From Eremomyces bilateralis CBS 781.70 (lineage: Eukaryota), in NCBI GenBank assembly GCA_010015585.1, contig ML975195.1: a DNA stretch of 33,734 nt, one strand, 5' to 3'. The notes below the pieces were generated by a model. It made no database searches. It was not told where the DNA came from and saw only the letters and a program-made list of their open reading frames with translations. The stretch's first letter is position 1; each line of letters opens with the position of its first letter. Positions 10,372 to 21,890 of the stretch are shown piece after piece. The translations under genes were made by a program, and so were the position numbers.

Positions 10372-11120
10372 CTCCATGGCCCGGCGTGGGGCTTGTCGAA
10401 GGCGCTGCTGGTTATGGTGGAGGGGTTGGGGGTATCGGGGGAGGACGCCGATGTCGTAAGACGGGGGAGGCCGTGGGAGATTACCGGAATGTCGGATTGG
10501 GATTTGAGGAGGGCGATAGAGCAGGCGGAGGATGCGAGGGTGGTGGTCGAGATGATGGGGAGGGATTTTGGGGAATGATATATGGGTTTGGGAAAGCATG
10601 CATGGCAATCGGAGTTTATGGTGACGGAAAGGCATGTCTGTCGGCAGGAACTGGACTTCTTCTCGGTTCTCATCGAATTTAGAACCATTGGGAAATTCCT
10701 GGTATGACGCTTGTCGTTGGAGGTTGGGATCTACTGTATATAGGTATCCCGTTTCAATCCTTCGAATAATGAAGAATATTGATGAATCTTGGATCCATTT
10801 CCCGTCGTGATTCTTTTTGACCTAGCAAAGTAGACTCCTTAAAGCTGGAGGCGGTCGTCGATCACCAGCACGCCTCCGTCGTTGCGTATCTTGAATGCCG
10901 TACTAAGCCTCGTCATTACATTCGCTTGTTTCATCGGAGCTTGAGTGTGTTGGTGAACAGGCGATGCGCATCTCTCAATGGCTTTGCGGTCGAGTGTCTT
11001 GGAAGCCCTTTATCCTCTTGTATAGTTGATATTGACCGTCGCATCGAGTCGTGCCTGGCTCATCTATACCGTAGGCGAAGCTCCATCGATCACATTTTCG
11101 TCCCGGTCGCAATCGATCGC

Positions 11121-13142
11121 TCAGCTTAACATCTTGCTTCCCTCCTCCTGCCTCAACCGAGCTCTTCCACCTTCCACCTCACGATCTTCCTTCATAACGC
11201 CCATCATCTCCTCCAAATCCCCCGCCGTCGCCTCCCATTTCTTTTGATGAATCTTCCCCGTCCCATACTCCTTCGTCTTCCCATACGCCCCCCCTTCCTT
11301 CCGTCGGTGCTCGATCGCTTTGAGATACGGCGCCGCGGTCGGCGGCTGGACGGGATCCAAGTGGAGGTAATCGGCCGGGATTTGATATGTTGTGTCGGAG
11401 TCGAAGGAGCTCAAGTCGCCGCACGCAAGGAATTGGGTCACTTGCGCGTTTCGACGGGCGCGGAACTCTTCGTCGGTCAGCTCCTCGTCGGGAGATGGGT
11501 CTTCCATGGGGAATTCAAGGACGTGGGCGCCATCCTCGCGCACGGTGCGACTCGCTGGGGGTTGCACGGATAAATCGTTCTCATGACGGGTTTCCTTGCT
11601 TTCGCTCGGGACTTTATTGGTTCCTTCCATATCACCGAGCCATGCCATGCCCAATCCGTTTCTTTTAGCCTGTGCAGTTTCGCCCGCGACGTTTTCCTTA
11701 AGTCGCTTCATGGCCGGATCCCACAGCCCGTAAAATCGGAGCGACTCTTCCGAAGCCAGTTCTCCTTCCTTCGGTCTCGGTGGCACAATGTTTCCATAGC
11801 CGAGTTTCATATCCAGGCTGGGTTTGAACCCGTCCGGCAGGTTGAGCCCTTCACAGACCACGAATGCCTCTAAACTGCTCGACCGGCTCGCCTTGGGCTT
11901 GGCGATGGTGACGCGCTCAAAGACCAGGCTCATCTGCGACCAGATGAACTGCGCGTTCGTGGTCGAGCGGAAGATTTTTGCCACGAACTTGCCCCCGGGT
12001 TTGAGGATGCACATCGCCAGGGTCAACGCGGAGTAGAGCAGCTGCGATTGCACGTAGATGTCCATGTCGTGGAGGCCGGTGACATCGGGGGCTCCGTCGC
12101 ATAGGACGAGGTCGACGGGATTGGTCGGGGTGTCGGGGTTGCTCGTGTCACGGCCGGGGTCTAAAGCGTCAAGAAGGCGGGGGATGGTGCTAGGATGGGT
12201 GATATCGGCGCGGATCGTGGTGATGCCCTCGAGCGGCGACATCGGCTGCAGATCGACTGATACGATCTTGACATTTTTCGCGGTCTGGGATTGCTCATCG
12301 CGACTTGAGACACCGGCATCGTGCTCTTCTTGCATCTGTCGCTGGAGTTCGCAGCCGAGACAAGGATTCTTGCCATGAGTGGTGACCGGCTCGCGCGGTA
12401 CGCTCATCATGTGTGGAGGGCCCTCCGGTGGACAGGGCATCTGGAAGTCCTCGTCATCCTCGGCGATATTCCATAGCTCCATCAGGCTCATGTTTGCCTT
12501 TTGTTCTTCCGTGAATGAATCTGAATATTTGGGAGGCAGGTCCCACATATAGTCAGGAATATCTTCCATGTTTTCCCGGAGCCAGTCGTGCCACGAACGT
12601 TTTCGTCTTTCGTCCGGGCTGAGCCGTTTCCATGTGTCCCATGTGTCCAATGTTGTATCTGTAGGTGTCGTTGGCTCCATCCCCGATGGACCCTGCCTTT
12701 CAACGACTTTCTTTCCTTCTTCTACTGAAAGCGTCTCCTGAGCTGGTTCTGGATCCCGCTCTTCGAGGGGTAACCCCTGCTCTTCTAGTATCCGGTTACG
12801 GCATCGTCTACAGGAGCCAGGTAAACGAGGATTCTTAGGCCTAGGAACCCCAAGATCCCAATCCTTATGGTCCTCCAGGATGTCCCTCATGACCAACAGC
12901 TCCTTCAGGGCGCGGTCGACATATGCCGCCCGGCCAAATCGCTCCCCTTTGATCAAGACCCGAGAGAGCACCTGGCTCCAGCTCCCGGGGGCAGCACATA
13001 AGTCCACGACACGTGTCACACCTTCGAAGAGATTGAATTCTTCGTCCAGTTGTAATAGCTTGAAGGCACTGCGTGCCCGCCATCCTTGCTCTTTCGCGAG
13101 ACGATAATAGATATCTCGCTTGTCCTTGGAGGACTTTCCCAT
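11121..13142 (-). CDS. TRM7: tRNA (cytidine32/guanosine34-2'-O)-methyltransferase Trm7 (FtsJ family) with large insertions; 673 aa
   Basis: MGKSSKDKRDIYYRLAKEQGWRARSAFKL, DLCAAPGSWSQ, DLQPM, CDGAPDVTGLHD, FVAKIFR, KPKASRSSSLEAF, FLACGDL, PVQPPTAAPY. Confidence 0.96.
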   Translation of the reverse strand: MGKSSKDKRDIYYRLAKEQGWRARSAFKLLQLDEEFNLFEGVTRVVDLCAAPGSWSQVLSRVLIKGERFGRAAYVDRALKELLVMRDILEDHKDWDLGVPRPKNPRLPGSCRRCRNRILEEQGLPLEERDPEPAQETLSVEEGKKVVERQGPSGMEPTTPTDTTLDTWDTWKRLSPDERRKRSWHDWLRENMEDIPDYMWDLPPKYSDSFTEEQKANMSLMELWNIAEDDEDFQMPCPPEGPPHMMSVPREPVTTHGKNPCLGCELQRQMQEEHDAGVSSRDEQSQTAKNVKIVSVDLQPMSPLEGITTIRADITHPSTIPRLLDALDPGRDTSNPDTPTNPVDLVLCDGAPDVTGLHDMDIYVQSQLLYSALTLAMCILKPGGKFVAKIFRSTTNAQFIWSQMSLVFERVTIAKPKASRSSSLEAFVVCEGLNLPDGFKPSLDMKLGYGNIVPPRPKEGELASEESLRFYGLWDPAMKRLKENVAGETAQAKRNGLGMAWLGDMEGTNKVPSESKETRHENDLSVQPPASRTVREDGAHVLEFPMEDPSPDEELTDEEFRARRNAQVTQFLACGDLSSFDSDTTYQIPADYLHLDPVQPPTAAPYLKAIEHRRKEGGAYGKTKEYGTGKIHQKKWEATAGDLEEMMGVMKEDREVEGGRARLRQEEGSKMLS

Positions 13143-13479
13143 CGTGAATCTATAGAAGAGTTTTGTGAGATATGGGATAGACTATGGGTTATAGGGTGAT
13201 ATCATCGTCTATAAATTTTTATTCTAACCAGGGAGTAACAATGGATGTGAGAATGAGGAACTACTGAGCGTCGTCGAGTCTCTAGTAGAAATTCAAACTG
13301 GAAATTTTACGCGGAGCAGGGTCCGTGCGCCCGGCTAAACTTGAAAGAATGAAAGTTGAAGCAGAAGAGTTGAGGCACCCCAATGAAATTTATTTCTCGA
13401 CATATTTCCGTCATCTTGAACTTTGAAACAAGAACCCGAATTTCAAGAGCGCCCTGCGTTCGTCGACTCTCCAATAAAC
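13143..13479. promoter_or_regulatory. Compact bidirectional promoter of TRM7 and MAK5 with RRPE-like AAATTT tracts
   Basis: 337 bp between divergent ATGs; AAATTTTT at ~13213, GAAATTTT at 13301, TGAAATTT at 13384. Confidence 0.45.
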
Positions 13480-15823
13480 ATGACGACCTTAGAAGGCAAG
13501 AAGCGAAAGCTTCCGCCGAAGGTTGCAGCCATGCTCGCACGTAAACGCATGAAACTTCAACCCGGATCCTCCACTACGCCGAAAGTCACAGCGAACGAAC
13601 CGCGACCTTCGAGCGAGCTACGTGAGCGAGGCAAGACTGTGAGGCTGGATCAGCTGAAATGGAAGGAGGTAGAACTGCCCGATCGTTTGGACGACTATGA
13701 GGGTTTCTTCGGGTTAGAAGAAGTCGACGATGTGGAAATTGTTCGAGATGCTGCCGCCAGCACCTTGACTTATAAGACACATACCGAGAACATCCTTTCA
13801 GATAGGGAGCGACAAGAACTTCAGAAGCAGAAGCAGAAACCACCGCATGAAGATTATGAAGATAAGGATGTCAATGAGGAAAGTCCACCGCCTGATGCTG
13901 CCGGCGATGATGAAGAAGAAGAAGAAGAAAAAGCCGAAGTCGACAACGAAGAAGAGTGGGGTGGCTTCGACTCAGATTCTGCAGAGGACAATGACATGGA
14001 AGCGGACGAGAATACTGGTGACTTTGGGATAAACCCATTCCAGGGTTTAGTGGAAGAGTCTTTGGATGCTAGTAACGGCGTTGATGTCAGCGCATGGGCG
14101 CAGCTCCAGCTCTCCCAAGATTCGTTAGCTTCATTATCCCGATTGGGCTTTGCGAAGCCGACAGCAATTCAGGAATTATCCATCCCTGAGATAATGGCTG
14201 GCCGTGATGTCATTGGAAAAGCCTCCACAGGTTCTGGCAAGACGCTCGCATTTGGCATACCTATTTTCGAGCGAATCCTCGGCCAATCCACCGGCGACGA
14301 GCATCCCGAAACCGAAACTCCAAGCGAAGAACACACCCCTACTGCCTTGGTACTATCGCCTACGAGAGAACTCGCACACCAAATTACCAAACATCTTCAG
14401 CTATTGGCCTCGGGCGTCCCGAACCGCACCATACGTGTCGTGCCAGTAACGGGAGGCCTCTCGATCCAGAAGCAACGTCGCTTACTGTCAAACGCTGACA
14501 TAGTCGTCGGGACTCCCGGCAGAATGTGGGAAGTCATGGGTGATAGCAATGGTGTCATTGACCAGCTGAAACGCATTTCATTCCTGGTCGTGGACGAAGC
14601 GGACCGACTGCTCAGTGAAGGGCACTTCAAAGAAGTGGAAGATATCTTGGATTCGCTCGACAAGAGCACAGATGAAAATGAGACCGTCTCGCAAGAATCG
14701 ACCCGTCAGACCCTGGTCTTTTCCGCGACGTTCCACAAAGGACTGCAGCAGCGACTGAAAGGGAGCAAAAAGAGAGATACACGATTCCTAGACCCAAAGG
14801 AGTCGATGGAGTATCTAATCAAGAAACTCAGGTTTAAAGAAGAGCGGCCGAAATTTTTGGACGCGAATCCAGAGGAACAAATGGCGGAGAATCTGAAAGA
14901 GGGAGTGTTGGAATGCCCGGCGATGGAGAAGGTAGCTGCCACTGCTCTCACTCAAATTCAAATCTCTAACATCATCACAGGACCTATATCTATACGCTAC
15001 TCTGCTCTTGAATTCGTCCAAACGGACAATCGTCTTCTCGAATAGTATTCACGCTGTTCGCCGAGTGACAGCCTCCTTGCAAGCGCTGAATCAACCAGCT
15101 GTAGCTCTCCATTCCCACATGCCTCAAAAGGCGCGTTTGCGCTCCCTTGAACGATTCGCAGCAGCCGGCGCGAACTCAAAGTCCGCCGCTCGATCAATCC
15201 TAATCGCCACCGACGTGGCAGCACGCGGTCTCGATATCCCAGACACGGAAACCATCATTCACTACCATGTTCCTCAGACAGCCGACTTCTACGTTCATCG
15301 GTCCGGGCGGACGGCCCGTGCCGGTGCGAATGGGAAGTCAATCATGCTCTGCAGCCCTGAAGAAGTAGGCGGGGTACGCCGATTGATCCACAAGGTGCAT
15401 CCGAACAGCAAGTCCGCCATTCGCTCGCTCGGCATTGACCGACGACTGGTGGGGAAACTGAAGGGGCGATTGACGCTGGCGCAGAAGATCGCGAACGCGG
15501 AACTCAGCAACGCGAAGGAGAAGGTGAATGACTCGTGGGTCGATCAAGCGAAAGAAGACCTGGGGATTGACAGTGAAGAAGAGCGAGATTGGGCGGAGAA
15601 GGAGGGTAGAGGTCGTGGGTGGCAGAAGAGTGAGAAGTCGAAGGTCGGCTCGGCGGAGCTGAAAAGTTTCCGGAGGGAGCTTAAAGCTTTGCTTCAAACG
15701 AAGATCAATACGGGCTTTAGTGAACGGTATCCCACTACAGGGGATATGGATATTGAGGAGTTGAAGCGGGGGCTGCATGGTGACTTCATTGGAAAGGTTC
15801 CTAATCTGGAGTGGAATTCCTAG
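13480..15823 (+). CDS. MAK5: DEAD-box RNA helicase Mak5/DDX24 (60S biogenesis), 2 exons: 13480-14931, 14981-15823; 764 aa
   Basis: LKWKEVELPDRLDDYEGFFGLEEVDDV N-terminal signature, ASTGSGKT, PTRELA, DEAD, SAT, TDVAARGLD, HRSGRTARAG. Intron GTAGCT...CTAAC...CAG at 14932-14980. Confidence 0.95.
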
Positions 15824-16417
15824 AAGAGTTCCATAGCTTATCGAGATCTCCTCAGGCAATAGAATGATTGGCTTTGGAGTCGTGCATCGAAGAAAGGCGT
15901 TGTGTTCTGGTAATCGCAGCACCCAGATGAGTGTTCGGGATTTTAAACACCGGCATAATTGAGCACATTTAAGCCCTCAGCGTATATCATCTAAAAGATC
16001 TCATTGAGACTATATTTGCCATATTTCGATATTGGGTGAATAGAGGCATTGCTGTTCTTCCAAAGCCATCTCGGATATGTATTCTGTCCTGTGGCGGTGC
16101 GTATGTTGTTCTGGCAACGGAACGCGTTCAAAATCCATGTGGCGTCATCACATCAAATTGTCATATCAACTCTCAGCTGCTTGAATCATCCCCATGGACA
16201 CAAATCCGTGGTTCACTCTCCTCAGATATCACATCGGTCCCAACGCTCGACTGTCTCAGGATTTCAAATAGAAAACCCGCCCGCGTAAGGTTCGTTGCGA
16301 AACTAGCTTTGTCGTTTGATATGAAACTATACTGAGCTAATATGACGGATAGGCAAGCGCTTGAAAAGGAACTTGATCGTTTGACGCAAAAGTACCAAGC
16401 CAACAACGCGAACAAAG

Positions 16418-16556
16418 AATCCTCGTCCCCCAAACACGACTCCTACACCTAAACTTGACCGAAACCTCCTCGTCTGAATCCCGAGGCCAGAAAAACGAGA
16501 AATCCTCATCCCCAAAACACGACCTTCGCTGGCACCGAGCTCGACCGAGACGTCCT
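16418..16556. repeat. Imperfect local duplication (~83-bp offset) upstream of the SNF2 gene
   Basis: AATCCTCGTCCCCCAAACACGAC (16418-16440) versus AATCCTCATCCCCAAAACACGAC (16501-16523), 21/23 identical, with weaker similarity continuing downstream. Confidence 0.7.
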
Positions 16557-16819
16557 CGAATTCTGCTCTGCACTCAGTTAAACAGGGTCCGCAAGAAGGA
16601 ACTGAGGAAATATACAACACAGTCCAAGTCAGAAACGGGGAGACTATCGTTGAACACCACGATCGAAGTGTACCGCGCTCTTCTTCCACCAGCACACCGG
16701 ATTTCGATGCCAACAGCCCTTCTGGATTCCTAGCATCGATTGCGTCGTATCAGTCGTTATCCGACAGTCTACTCTTCGTGTCATCATCAAAGGATAGTGC
16801 TTCCAATACTTACGACGAA

Positions 16820-19800
16820 ATGGTGAACGACCGGGAGCCTCCGCAGGCATACTCTTCGGGGAAAGCGTCAGCAACAAATCCTGGACCAGAACAAGACCCC
16901 TCTGCACGGAACGGTTTGAATTCATCAGGCGCAATGGGCCAACCTAAACATGATAACACAAGCAAATCTATGCCCAAGTCGCCCAAAAGAGATCCCCTTC
17001 GAGAAACGGTCAATGTCCAGCCCGTGTTTGGTCAACCAACGCCGCCAAAGAATCGGTCAGGGGGAATGTCGCATCTTTTTAATGTGCCGAAGCCTGGCCA
17101 GCCTCGACCGGAACATCACCGACCTCAGCAGACACAAACTCTGAATGCCTCTGCCGGTGTTCAACCTGGAACGGCTGCCTACGGTGCCGCCATGAACTCA
17201 GCATTAAACCCTACAAATTCGCAGCGACCGGGTTCCAATGGACTCCAGCATGGCCACTCAGCCCCAGCATTCAGATACCCGCCCGGGTTTGCACCAGCTT
17301 ACACACCGGCTATGAGCCAGCAGCCCACCGCTCACCAGAGGCCAGTCGCGATTCAAAGGCCCTCAAATCCACCATACCCTTACCAACCAGCTACGAAGCC
17401 TGTATTCTCAGCCCACGCCCATGGCGGGTTCACTGCAGTCAATATCCCATCGAGAAATACCATTGATCTCACTGGTGATGGTGACGATGTTTACGGCGGC
17501 TTTGACCCTAACAAAGCTTTTGGTGATGACAAATTCGGCGCACCCGACCCATTCCAATATAGAGACCCCGATCAGGCCGACAAGGACCTGAAAGATCTTC
17601 TCTCCGGACATTTCGGCGATGATGAGGATGTGCCCAAGCTACGGCTGCGGAAGCGTAAAGTTGCGGCGGCCAAGAAAGAGGAAAAGAGGACAGGTGCTGA
17701 TGCACTTGCTGCCAAGCTGGGAGCCCTCGATGTTAAAGACAAAGAGGAAGAGAAGAAGGCGGAAGAGGATGAGGATGAGGACGAAGAGGACGGAACCGTG
17801 GATGGTTTGGCGGTAAAATTGCTTCCTCACCAGGTTGAGGGGGTGGCTTGGATGATCGACCGCGAGAACGGTAAACGCAAGAAAAATGGGGTGCTCCCAA
17901 GAGGTGGAATTCTTGCAGACGACATGGGAGTCGGCAAGACGATTCAAGCTATTGCACTGATTATGACCAACCCACGTCCTGTAGCGGAATTATCGGCAGC
18001 AACGAAGCCGACTACGAAGAAGGACAAGATGCCTTCCTCTATAAGCAAGTGCACACTGATAGTTGCGCCGGTTGCCGTTGTCTCGCAATGGCAGGAAGAG
18101 ATCAAGGATAAAGTTTCTCCCGGACATGCCCCTCGCGTATTGGTTCATCATGGGGCGAAACGGAGCAAGTCGGCTAAAGAGCTGGAGAAGCATGATATCG
18201 TCATTACAACCTTCGGGATCCTTCACACGGAGCACGCAGCGTCGTCTAATGAACCTGACGGGCCGAAAGCTCCGCTCTTCGGTGTTCGATGGTACCGTGT
18301 CATCTTGGACGAAGCACAGAATATCAAGAATAGGTCTGCGAAGTGCACTCAAGCGGCCTATGCTCTCGATAGCTGGTACCGCTGGTGCCTCACCGGAACT
18401 CCGATGCAAAACAACTTGGACGAGCTTCAAAGCCTAATCCGATTCCTGAGAATAAAGCCATACAGCGATTTTAAAATGTGGAAAGAGCAGATCTCCGGTC
18501 CTCTGAAGAATGGAAGAGGGAACCTTGCCATGAAGAGGCTTAATTACTTTTTGAAGGCGATCATGAAGCGGCGGCTGAAAACCATCCTCCAAGAGCCAGG
18601 GGCGTTAAGTTTTGGTAAGAAAGCCGAGGACGAGGAGCACAAGAAGAGCGCGTTCACAATTGTGGACAAGACCGTCGAGATTATCGAGGCGGAGTTCAAC
18701 GAACGAGAGCGTCGATTCTATGAACGCCTTGTGGACCGGGCACAAGCAAACTTAAACCAAATGATGGGTGCTGAGCGTAAAGATTACATCGGAGCGCTTG
18801 TCCTCCTATTAAGACTTCGACAAGCCTGCAATCATCCAGACCTAGTGGGAGAAGTTCTTGACTCTGAGCAAGATGCTCTGGACGAAGTGCAAACAGTTCC
18901 ACAAACTCCGAGGAAGACCACAGGCCAGAGCGAGGATATTGATGACCTCGCAAACATGCTGGGCGGACTGAGTGTTGTCAAAAAGAAGTGCGACGTTTGT
19001 CAGATCACAATAGCCCCCGAGGCAGTCCGACGAGGCGAGCTCCGATGCGAGGAGTGCGAGGATGACCTTGCAGATCAATCACCGCGAGAGGACTTCAAGA
19101 AGGGGAGCAGCAAACACGGTTCGAAGAAGTCGGATAGTCGCCGAAATCGCAGAGTGGTCTTGGATAGTGATGAGGAGGAGGAGGAAGAGGCTGACTGGGT
19201 CGTGCCCGAGTCGGAACGCCAGGTTGCAGACCTAGGGAAAGCTGGCGGGACAGATGATGAGGATGTCGAAGGCGGAGGTGAATCGATCAATTCGGAGGAC
19301 TCCGATACAGATGAAGAGTCTGAAGAACGAACTAAACCGTCAAGAACACGTCACCGGGGTCCCATTGAACTCTCCAGTGGCTCAGAGGGTGATTCGGATG
19401 AAGATGGGCTGGAGACAGTAAAGTGTCCCATGACGTCAACCAAGATTCGGTATTTGCTGGGCATCCTCGAGAAGGAAACTCCGGAACACAAGGTTATTGT
19501 GTTCTCTCAATTCACGAGCATGCTGAACTTGATCGAACCGTTCCTACACAGAAGCGGATATCGTTTCGTGCGATATGACGGGAGCATGCGGCCGGACGTT
19601 CGAGATTACAACATCAATCAGCTGCGTAACGACAAGAAGACGCGCATATTACTCTGCAGTCTCAAATGCGGCGGTGTTGGACTGAACCTTACAGCCGCTT
19701 CGCGAGTCGTCCTCGTGGAACCTTTTTGGAATCCGGTAAGTTGAAACTCCCTCATGTATCTCACTGTGTGATGGACTTTGTCTAACCTTGGGGGAACAGT

Positions 19801-20180
19801 TCGCCGAGTCTCAAGCCATTGATCGAGTCCATCGCATCAATCAAACCAAAGCAGTCCATGTGTACCGGTTAACCGTTGCCGACACTGTAGAGGCGAAGAT
19901 CCTTCGGCTACAAGAAGCAAAGCAGGCTCTTGCAAACGCAGCCATCGAAGGCGGCAGCCGCAAGGACGCGCAGAAATTGAGCTTCGAAGACATATTGAAG
20001 CTTTTCGGACGCGATGCGGAGACCAAGCATGACGAGGAGAATCGCAGGTACGGGCGAGTGGATGAGCGCTTGCATCAGGCGGGTTCCCAGGCGATTGATC
20101 TCGTGAGGCAGGTGGCCCGGACGGGTGGCTCTCAGGGGCGGGCCGAGAGGGTAGAGCATCCGGTATACGGCAGGAGATGA
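16820..20180 (+). CDS. SNF2-family helicase/ATPase, Rad5/Rad16/Uls1-like subgroup, 2 exons: 16820-19735, 19800-20180; start uncertain (16820 or 16934)
   Basis: GGILADDMGVGKT, ILDEAQ, CLTGTPMQN, LLRLRQACNHP, VIVFSQF, GLNLT, PFWNP|FAESQAIDRVHRI across intron 19736-19799. Confidence 0.92.
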
Positions 20181-20487
20181 GACGCGAGATCAAATGATCT
20201 AGCGTTTAATCCTTTGCTAGACCCTCTCCTGCTGCTGGCATCTTGATGGGGTTTCCGATTCGAGACTGTCTGGATATATGGTCAGGCGTTGGTTATGGAC
20301 CTGGAGCGACTGCGCACGGAAGACTTCCAAATGACTTTATGACATCATGTAGATTTCGGTTTTGCATATTCAAGTTTCTTTCCCTTTGGTACAAAGTCCA
20401 TTTAGAGCGCCCTTCTCGGCATCAATTTTCAGAAATACAGAAGCCCATTAGAGTCATAAATCCCTTCTCGCCAACCCCAGTCCGCGT

Positions 20488-21503
20488 TCATGAAAATTTT
20501 GTAATCGGCTGCTGCTCTCTCACACCGTTGATAAATATATCCACCTTCTCGTTGAAGAAGCAAATCATCCCCGCAATCGCAGTGCTCTCGAGGGTCGGAC
20601 GCTTATACGACCAAACGAAATCCTTTTTCTCCCATCCTCTTCTCCCGATTTCGAACTCCAGTTCTTCGCCAGGGGGTGCCGTAGCAACTACATGGTACCA
20701 GGAAGCCTCACCTTTATACGGGCACCCAGTCACGAGAGTGCTGGGTCTGAGGGTGGTGGTCGAGGTGAGGCTGTGAAGTGGGAGGTAGTAGCGGGTGGGA
20801 AGGGAGGTCTCTAATACATGGACGGAATAGTTGGTCGAGGCAAGGAGGGTGCCGTGGTATCGGACCTCGATTTTCCGTGTGGATGGGAGGAGATCCACAC
20901 GCTTGAAAGGGTCTTTGGGATGAATATAAATGGGGAGATCTTCTTCGTACCATTTCTCTGGATGGATTCAGTCAGTCATGGTCGATATGTCGTATATCGG
21001 ACGCCCAAGGCGACTGATGCTTGGTTAATGGGGAGCCATACCCATCTCGTTGAACGGCAACCGAACATAGTCCAGCTTCCCTCCTTCCAGCATATTCCTC
21101 ATAGTGAAGATGACAGCATGGTTCGTGACCTTCTTGACATCTCCTTCCGTCACCGACAAGGTCCCCCGAAACGCTCCTAAATCCCCCGAGGAATCCTTGA
21201 TCCCCTGGCTCTTTTCCAGGACCAGTTTCGTTGGTCTCTTGATGATGTCCTCCCGCGGGACATAGTAGTATGGATAGTTCTCATGCTCCCACACCTGCAG
21301 AGCACGAATGGTGTCGAATACTAATGTGTTGTTGTAATGCACTCGGATGCGCCGAGTGGACGGAATGACCTTGAGCGGTCCATCGTCCAGGAGTTTTCCC
21401 GCAAGGACCAGGATCCTGCAGCGATGTTAAAATCGCGCTCTATTAATGCATTTCGAACTTGGAAAACCTACTTATCCCAAGCTGGATCAGATGAGACGGC
21501 CAT
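20488..21503 (-). CDS. Tandem DUF427 (NTP_transf_9-like) domain protein, 3 exons: 21503-21472, 21415-21042, 20957-20488; 291 aa
   Basis: Spliced product contains VWEHENYPYYYVP, WYEEDLPIYIHPKDPFKRVD, ETSLPTRYYLP, CPYKGEASWY and VWSY. The exon total (876 nt) is in frame. Confidence 0.9.
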
Positions 21504-21890
21504 TTTGGAAAATTGTCAGGATTCTTTATCGAGAGTTCAAACATTCAGCGATAAAATTCCATCTTAAATCAATGACGGACAGAGCTGGCGTTGCTGACGA
21601 TGCGAAGCTCGTATGTCGGAATCCGTCCCCAAGAGTCCGATCCGTCCTTGAACGGACTAGGTTGGCATCATGATTGGTCTCGATTCCCTGAAATGATGAC
21701 GAATCTGCAGCTACGTCAACTCTGGAGATCGATTCTACACCAAAAACGATGCGTTCTCGGGTGGTGTCGTGGAGAAACGTCCAATTATAGTTGCAACTAC
21801 CGTAGTTATATTACCCACCGGGATTCAGTGGCCCAGCACAAGGAAACCAATATAGCCATATGTACAGCCCTGTAGAGGGGAACCACCATT

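Noticed and set aside
9990..10688. 230-aa (+) and 165-aa (-) ORFs overlapping the micropeptide
   Set aside because: Their translations just mirror the C-rich/G-rich skew; the 75-aa frame has the better start context and protein features.
12276..12953. Intein in TRM7
   Set aside because: No Cys/Ser start paired with a His-Asn end and no Hint or LAGLIDADG blocks seen.
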